The position numbers and the translations under genes were made by a program. Shown one piece after another: positions 57,892-64,000 of a DNA stretch of 64,000 bases; the stretch's first letter is position 1, and each line of letters begins with the position of its first letter. The notes under the pieces were generated by a model. That model was not told the DNA's origin. It saw only the letters and a list, made by a program, of their open reading frames with translations, and searched no databases. The stretch covers positions 248,001-312,000 of the IMG/VR virus record IMGVR_UViG_3300032245_001746. The stretch is one strand, 5' to 3'.

Positions 57892-58302
57892 TTAACCATT
57901 GTTTACTCTCAAAAGTTTAATGCAATCACCCCAAGATGGTCCAACATCTTGTGTTCTTTGAACTAAAAGAAGTTGTTCAGGCACTTTTAATTCTTCGCTA
58001 ACACAAGAATATAACAAATCTTCTATATCTACTCTTAACTTCATTTCTTTTTCATCATCCCACCCCATATTTTGTAGGGCTTGACCAAAAATACAACCCT
58101 TACATTCTGGACCTGTGATTTCATATTCTTGAGTTGAATTATTATAAACCTTTGCAGGACCGTTATAAAAGCATACTGATGCTGCTGAATTTGTATATTT
58201 AAAATCAGGTTTTTCTTTTCCAAGTTTAATGACTTCTTGAATTAAAGCTTTTACAAAATCATCACAAGATGGAAATTGACTGGCTATTTGTTGCAAATTC
58301 AT
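57892..58302 (-). CDS. Family A protein
   Basis: GPECKGCIFGQALQNMGW. Confidence 0.8.
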   Translation of the reverse strand: MNLQQIASQFPSCDDFVKALIQEVIKLGKEKPDFKYTNSAASVCFYNGPAKVYNNSTQEYEITGPECKGCIFGQALQNMGWDDEKEMKLRVDIEDLLYSCVSEELKVPEQLLLVQRTQDVGPSWGDCIKLLRVNNG

Positions 58303-58332
58303 TTTTTAATTCTTTATAAGTTTTTTAGTAAA

Positions 58333-58406
58333 TGGGACTTCTCGGACTTGAACCGAGAACCAACGAATTATGAGTTCGCTGCTCTAACCTATTGAGCTAA
58401 AGTCCC
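58333..58406 (-). tRNA. tRNA with CAU anticodon, probably tRNA-Ile2 (lysidine type)
   Basis: GGGACTT/AAGTCCC acceptor, GGTTAGAGCAG D arm, CTCATAA loop; lacks initiator features. Confidence 0.85.
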
Positions 58407-58416
58407 TTAAAATTAT

Positions 58417-58974
58417 TCATCTTACAGACATTACTGTTCCGTCGCTGTTTAAATATTCTGTTGTTTTGCTTGTAAGACAACCACTCGAACAATATTCCAT
58501 TGTGGTGCGAAATCCAGAAGAACATTCTTCATAAGTCATGTCGTTATTTTCATTAAACTTGCGTTTAACCCATCTTCCTGTTGAAGATTCAAAGTAAATT
58601 CTATTTCTTTGTTTATCAAATTGATGTTTTTCCCAGTGACCATCTGGGTCTGTAATTTTAACTTCATTTTCAAAAATTTCAATTTGTTTATTAAATATTT
58701 TTTCGCATTCTTCTATTGGAACTTCTCGAATAACTCTCAATTTGTTTGTTACTGACTTATTCCATCTTGAATAAGATTCACCTAGATCTTCAATTTCCAA
58801 TAACTTGAAGTCAGGCATAATTGGATAATAAGTTAAAACATTAATTGCATTAGTGCAATAATGAAATCCATAATGGCACATAATTGGTATGCCTGGTAAT
58901 TCATAAGTTTCTCCAATTTCGAATTTATGATTAATACAAGTAAAATTGTAAGTGCCTTTATATCCAATAATCAT
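58417..58974 (-). CDS. Family B protein
   Basis: MIIGYKGTYNFTC..GFHYC plus repeats; closest to 8201-8626. Confidence 0.8.
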   Translation of the reverse strand: MIIGYKGTYNFTCINHKFEIGETYELPGIPIMCHYGFHYCTNAINVLTYYPIMPDFKLLEIEDLGESYSRWNKSVTNKLRVIREVPIEECEKIFNKQIEIFENEVKITDPDGHWEKHQFDKQRNRIYFESSTGRWVKRKFNENNDMTYEECSSGFRTTMEYCSSGCLTSKTTEYLNSDGTVMSVR

Positions 58975-58989
58975 TTTTATTCCTTAAAA

Positions 58990-59349
58990 TTACATCATTG
59001 TACATTGTTTTTGTGTTCCTTTAAAGAACACAAGTGATTTTAAGTTGTTGAAAGGAAACTTATCATCTGCTTTCATTTTTATTTCATTTATTTCAACATG
59101 ACCGTCATTCAATGTTCTTCTTCTTTCTGAATTAGAAGAAAACATTCCTTTTACACAAAGATTTTCGATCATCCACTCTAACACTGAATCTTCTTTAATG
59201 GAAAGATCATCTTTCAAAAATACTGGCTTTTCTCCAGTATTTTTGAAATGTTCAATTTGTTCTTGACTCCATGTTTTGGAGTTTTTCAAAATTTCTCCAA
59301 CTTTTTTGCCAGAGAAACCGTGTTTCATTACATCTTGTGCTGAAAGCAT
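58990..59349 (-). CDS. Small protein with S4-like (TyrRS C-terminal-like) RNA-binding domain
   Basis: FSSNSERRRTLNDGHVEINEIK resembles S4 SxSEARRLIxxGxVxIN; N-terminus LSAQDVMKHGFSGKKVGEIL resembles CCA-enzyme tails. Confidence 0.45.
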   Translation of the reverse strand: MLSAQDVMKHGFSGKKVGEILKNSKTWSQEQIEHFKNTGEKPVFLKDDLSIKEDSVLEWMIENLCVKGMFSSNSERRRTLNDGHVEINEIKMKADDKFPFNNLKSLVFFKGTQKQCTMM

Positions 59350-62300
59350 TTTACACCACATTGTTGAAATAAGTTTGTTTTCAACAAATTGTACAATCAA
59401 ACTTGTTGAAGTTTTGTGCAAATATCTTTCATAGATGATCTTTCCATCAAAGAATCATTTAGTTCATATGAATGAACTTCAAGTTTTGAATCATAAGTAC
59501 ACATATAACTGTGTAATATGATTTTTTTTCCAAAAATTTCAACCAAACTCCACGATTCATAAATCCAGCAATCATTTCCTTCTCTGGATTCATCAATTTG
59601 ATTAATAATTTTCATTTGATTCCTTAATCATTCCGTAAAAAGTTCGAACAATTTCAGTAATTGTCAAATTACTAATTGGTAACTCGCCAAGATAAATTTT
59701 AAACTTATTAAGAACTTCATTTTCTCTCAAAGAATCATCTGCGATAACAATAAATTTTGGAATTCCATTTTCAGAAATAACAAATCGATTTTGTCGAGAA
59801 TAATCAATATCCTTAAAGCAGATGCCAATAACAATACCATCAATATTCATTACGAATTCCACTTGTTTCTCCTAAATTACTTCTCGGTAAATAATAAAGT
59901 GATCAACAAGTTGCAATAATTCCTCATCGTTTGATGTTGTATTGCTGGAAATAAGCAGATCAGTTAATTGTTGACGATTTACATTGCACAATTTAATAAA
60001 TTTTTTAATTGTTACAATGTTAGTTTGTTCATCTGACCAATCAATTTTAACCATGCTTGATTTGGGAAACTTAATTTGCCAAGCATTTTCAAAAATATGA
60101 AGAGTAACATCAATTTCAAATTCAGACAAATCGCCATCGTTTTCTTTGTTAAACGAAGTGTATACAGCATTTGGAAGTTTTGCAACCAATCGAAGATTGA
60201 CTTTTTTTGATCTTGTATATTTTCCGGTTGAAAGAATATCTTCTTCTGAAATTACATGATTTTTTCCAGAAACAAAATAAAGTTCTTTTGTTACTATTTT
60301 TGTGATAGTATGTTCAACAAGCATCAGGTTATCGTCAATTGTGAATACTTTTTGACCAACTTTGAATTTTGACATTTCAAAAATCCTTTTTGAGTTTAAA
60401 AAACCAGATACAATCACACTGTACAATCAAACTTGGTTGTAATGTCTTTTAAACCAAAAATTCTTTAATATCTTTTAATTCAGGAAAAAATTCTATGATT
60501 TTATCTAAATTATTAGATTCTAATGCGGAAATTCGAGCCAACTTTGTTTCTTCCACTGAATAATCTGCTCTTGGAATATAAATTGCAATTGATCCAACAT
60601 TATCAGATTTTAATGTTGGATCAAATTTATAACTAAATAAACCATAGCATTTTACTCCAATTGCATAAGCGGTACGTTGTTCTATAAGATCATTAAAATC
60701 ATGAAGGATTCTAGATTTTGTTTGAATAGAATTCAAAGTACAAGAATGAACCAAGCCTTGACCTACAATTTGTCCATAATAGAACGATCTTTTTTTAAGA
60801 TTTTTTGCAACAATAAGACCGTTTGATTTTATATCTGCATAATAATATGGAGTAAGCAATCTGCCACTAACATATTTAAGATATTTTTTTACTTTAAGAG
60901 TAATGTTGTTTTCAGTTGGTACATGAGTTACAAACATACACATAACATAAGCCTTTCAATTTTCTCGCACATATGGCATTTTATAAGTGCGATAAGGAAG
61001 CAAATCTTGAATTTTCAATATCAAACAAAGTGAAAAAATAAAAATTCCAAAACAAAAAACCAATATTATAATTGCAATTTCAAATAAATTTTCGAAAATC
61101 TTTTCAAGATAATACAACATTTCTATCTCCTGTTGGAATTTGAATTTCTGTTGAATCTACTTCGAATTTTTTATTTTCTTGGATACATTTAAGTCCAGCA
61201 CTAATCATCATTTCTTCGATTTGTAATTTATACATTGGAATAAATGAGCGATTCATACTAATTGCATTTTTTATTCTTGGAATATGCTCCTCAACAACCA
61301 CCTTTATTCTTTCCTTCATCGTTGGAGATTTCCATTCCCAACGTTTGAATAAGAATAATATATAATCAATTCTCCACGAACAACACATCATTCCACTTTT
61401 ATCAGAATAATGTTTTTCTATTTTAGGAATTATTTCATAAGCTTGCATGTTTGTTTTCTTTATTTTACAAAAATGACGCATTAAACTTTAATTAATTTTG
61501 AATAATTTTCAAGTGCTATGCTCGCTTCATAGCTTGATTTATATTTTTCTTTTTCGTTAATAATCAAAACTTTTGATTTTTTGTTAACATCATAATTAAG
61601 AATTATAAAACTATCCTCGGTTTTAATTATTTTTGATGTATTCCTAATAGACATTGATCTACCAATAAGTTTGTCATTCCTTCCAAATGCGAAATATTGG
61701 TATTCTACATAATGGTTGTTACCATCTGTCCATTTATCTGGACCTCTTTGATTTATTGGCGTCCAAATATTGATTCCAGATATTGATGTGTATCCATCAA
61801 TATAGCCGTTAATCATTTTGTCATAAAAATCATCTGAGTTCATATGATCGCTTTATATCAGAGACCGGAAATGTGTTTTGCCATTAATTCAAGGTCGGAA
61901 TAATTATTTCTTCTTTTGATGAAATCAGGAAGTGTTCCAAATTCTGTTATTGGATCAATTGAGACAATCTCTCGCCACCATGTTTCTTTTTCAACTAAAG
62001 AAATAGATTCTGTTTCTTTTCTTGTAACTGGTTCTAGATTTCGTCTTATTAGTTTAAAGTAAAGTGAATTATATTCACCTCCAAATATTCTTGTGTTAAA
62101 TCCGTTTCCACCATGTCCAGCAAAAAAGGCAATAACTGTCGAATTAACAGGAGGACCATTTTCTCCAAATTGTTCGAAAGAAGCTTTTGCTAATTGATAA
62201 TAAGCTAACCAAGAAGTAGCTTTCATCAATTTAATTGTGAATTTATCTTGATTTTCTTGAATCAAGAATTGTTCTAAAGATGGAAATTTTTTCATTATTA

Positions 62301-62617
62301 GTTCTTTTTAAATAAGTCAATTAATACAGCGCCATATTTTTTTGCTGCTTCTTGTGCTTTTAATTTTTCTCTTTCTGTGAAATATAATGGAGTGTGACTA
62401 ACCCATGCTGGTAAATGTTCTGGTTTTGGCGTATTTACCACATATCTCATATATACCGAATTACTTTTTGTCATGACCACTCCAGTTTAAAAAAATCGTT
62501 TCCGTGCTTTTTACGTTCCCACCAAACGATAAAAGTAAACGTCTGGCACCGAATTAATTGCAGGGTTAATTCCTGTGGCAGATAACTTTTACATTGTACA
62601 ATCAAACTAAAAGTATT

Positions 62618-63400
62618 TTAAATGAGAAGTCCATGATCATTATAATCTGTATCATCTTTTGATGATGATTTAATCAAACGATTGTTTTCGTCATATATGT
62701 TCTTTTGCCAATAACCGTCTGAACTCTTATAATAGGTCACATTTCCAAACATGTTATATTCAACATAAAATCCAATAAGATTCAACAATTCATTTTGATC
62801 AGTAATTTCTCTTACAATACGAATTTTATTTGTTACTGTTTTATCATATTCTGTTTCTGAATCGCCCAAATCTTCAATTTCAAGCAATTTAAAGTTATAT
62901 TGATGAGGGTAATATTTCAACACATCTTTAGCATTTTTGCAATAATGAAAGCCATAAAAACATGGAAGTGGCTTTCCTGATAATTCATAAGTTTCCCCGA
63001 TTTTAAACTCATGTCCACGACAAACATAGTTATATGTACCTTTATATCCTTTTTTTTCTTCTTTATAATTTGTCACTTGATTATCTAGCAATTTTTGCAT
63101 TTTATTTGTTGTTTCGATTGCATCTTGTTTTGCTAAATTCATAGCTTTTTCATCGGTTCCATAAAACACTTCTGTATTTGACATAGAACCAGATGAAAGT
63201 TTAAATCTCACACAACCCATAAAACCTTTGCCGTGAAATGCACGAACATGTGCAATAAAAGCATAATAATATTCTGTTTCGTAAAAAACAGAACCTTTGT
63301 GATGATAAACCACTGTGTTAATTGTTGGATGTTCATTCATTTTTTCAGGATGAAGAGTGTTTTGCCACAAATTTTCATTATCATAGAAGTTGTCAGACAT
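62618..63400 (-). CDS. Fusion protein with C-terminal family B domain
   Basis: Unrelated N-terminal half, then KGYKGTYNYVC..GFHYC..VTNKIRIVRE and a YD-like repeat. Confidence 0.75.
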   Translation of the reverse strand: MSDNFYDNENLWQNTLHPEKMNEHPTINTVVYHHKGSVFYETEYYYAFIAHVRAFHGKGFMGCVRFKLSSGSMSNTEVFYGTDEKAMNLAKQDAIETTNKMQKLLDNQVTNYKEEKKGYKGTYNYVCRGHEFKIGETYELSGKPLPCFYGFHYCKNAKDVLKYYPHQYNFKLLEIEDLGDSETEYDKTVTNKIRIVREITDQNELLNLIGFYVEYNMFGNVTYYKSSDGYWQKNIYDENNRLIKSSSKDDTDYNDHGLLI

Positions 63401-64000
63401 TTTATTTTACCTTCATGTTAAACAGCCAGTTTCTACTTGCTTATTTTTTCAACTCAACAAATAATTAATATTGTAAAGAATACATGAAACTATAATAAGA
63501 CTAGTAATTAAAAATGACCAAGCGGTTATTTTACCGATGTTTTTACTTGTTCCAGTAAACATAATAATTAATACATTAAAAGCAAGATATGCAAAAACAA
63601 ATGAGAAATAATTTGAAACCGAGTTCCAGAATAGATTCCAATTCATGATTGTGCTTTCTACAAAAATTTTAGAAAATTGTATTTTGTCTGTTTTCAGATA
63701 ATAGAAATTGCCAACACTTCATTTGCTTGTGGAGAATAATCATCTGCTTTATCTCCAACGATTGTGCCACACATATCAATGTAAACCACATTTAACATAT
63801 TTACTTCATCAATAAACTGAACATCTTTTGAATCATTATCATTTTGATGAAGACCAATATATGTGTTTTCGCCATATTTTTCAATTAACAAATTGACTGC
63901 ATCTCTTAGAGTTCTAAGAGTGTTGAAATTATAGTGCATGTTTTTGATCTTTCAATTTTTGAAGAATAGTCAATTCGCTATATGTGAATAAAAAATATAA

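Larger units (their letters stand above)
13373..62608 (-). repeat. Dispersed 16-bp element AGTTTGATTGTACAAT (plus strand ATTGTACAATCAAACT), about 76 copies, all one orientation
   Basis: Plus-strand starts include 13373, 13777, 14055, 14337, 14580, 14732, 15046, 15301, 15684, 15890, 16108, 16341, 16638, 16913, 17304, 17660, 17873, 18151, 18304, 18540, 19096, 19191, 19490, 19790, 20178, 20413, 20631, 21018, 21395, 21657, 21978, 22523, 22758, 23125, 23308, 24017, 24254, 24582, 25182, 25853, 26277, 26628, 27232, 27927, 28654, 29173, 30086, 30371, 31803, 32749, 33158, 33314, 34070, 34155, 34880, 35331, 36986, 37422, 38867, 40108, 40750, 43559, 45577, 46301, 47335, 48557 (1-nt deletion), 49322, 50715, 51590, 52362, 53594, 54354, 56359, 59388, 60418, 62593; none seen before 13373. 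Confidence 0.97.

Noticed and set aside
13460-59421. Shared N-terminal peptides MIVQ.., MYN.., ..FDCT.. in the ORF track as a protein signal
   Set aside because: They are translations of the DNA element (TTG ATT GTA CAA / TTG TAC AAT); real starts lie downstream after the RBS.
13373-62608. CRISPR array interpretation of the recurring 16-mer
   Set aside because: Spacing is 85 to over 3000 nt and the intervals hold whole genes; the repeat is too short and no cas genes are present.
13373-62608. Classical integron with attC sites
   Set aside because: No RYYYAAC...GTTRRRY long imperfect palindromes and no IntI in the window; only the cassette-like organisation is similar.
14831-63421. Plus-strand ORFs in the array (e.g. 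14831, 21642, 24195, 28232, 29708)
   Set aside because: Antisense shadows of minus-strand genes, lacking RBS and crossing elements and terminators.
1-64000. Alternative genetic code (stop-codon reassignment)
   Set aside because: Known genes (glf, helicase, phosphoesterase) are intact in the standard code and TAA, TAG and TGA all terminate genes.

Overview
AT-rich segment of a large (jumbo/T4-like) bacteriophage genome in the standard genetic code, with no structural genes or integrase in the window. It has two parts. (1) 1-13,030: mixed-orientation genes including a HAD phosphatase, a Dda/RecD-like helicase split by an Ala-starting (class 3) LAGLIDADG intein, a Lar-like protein, a frameshifted HD hydrolase, UDP-galactopyranose mutase (glf), GT-like and sulfotransferase-like genes, and a BtpA-like TIM barrel. 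(2) 13,373-64,000: a ~50 kb array of small minus-strand genes, five tRNAs and several structured non-coding RNAs. The array is punctuated by about 76 (hand-counted) same-orientation copies of a 16-bp element, AGTTTGATTGTACAAT on the minus strand, which has a palindromic core and ends in a -10-like TACAAT. The element lies where a promoter should (6-12 nt before tRNAs/sRNAs, 20-50 nt before an RBS/ATG). It also sits on or right next to the previous gene's stop codon or terminator. Several junctions show genes truncated, fused or re-paired with leaders exactly at the element. The best candidate for an undescribed system is therefore a phage gene-cassette array in which one short element acts as both promoter and shuffling/recombination site, with density and GC falling away from an AT-rich left boundary. 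Cargo includes a 3-copy pseudoknotted RNA with covariation, a 2-copy sRNA, AT-hook proteins, acidic DNA-mimic-like proteins and two expanded paralog families. Counts, family assignments and GC impressions are by eye, not computed.
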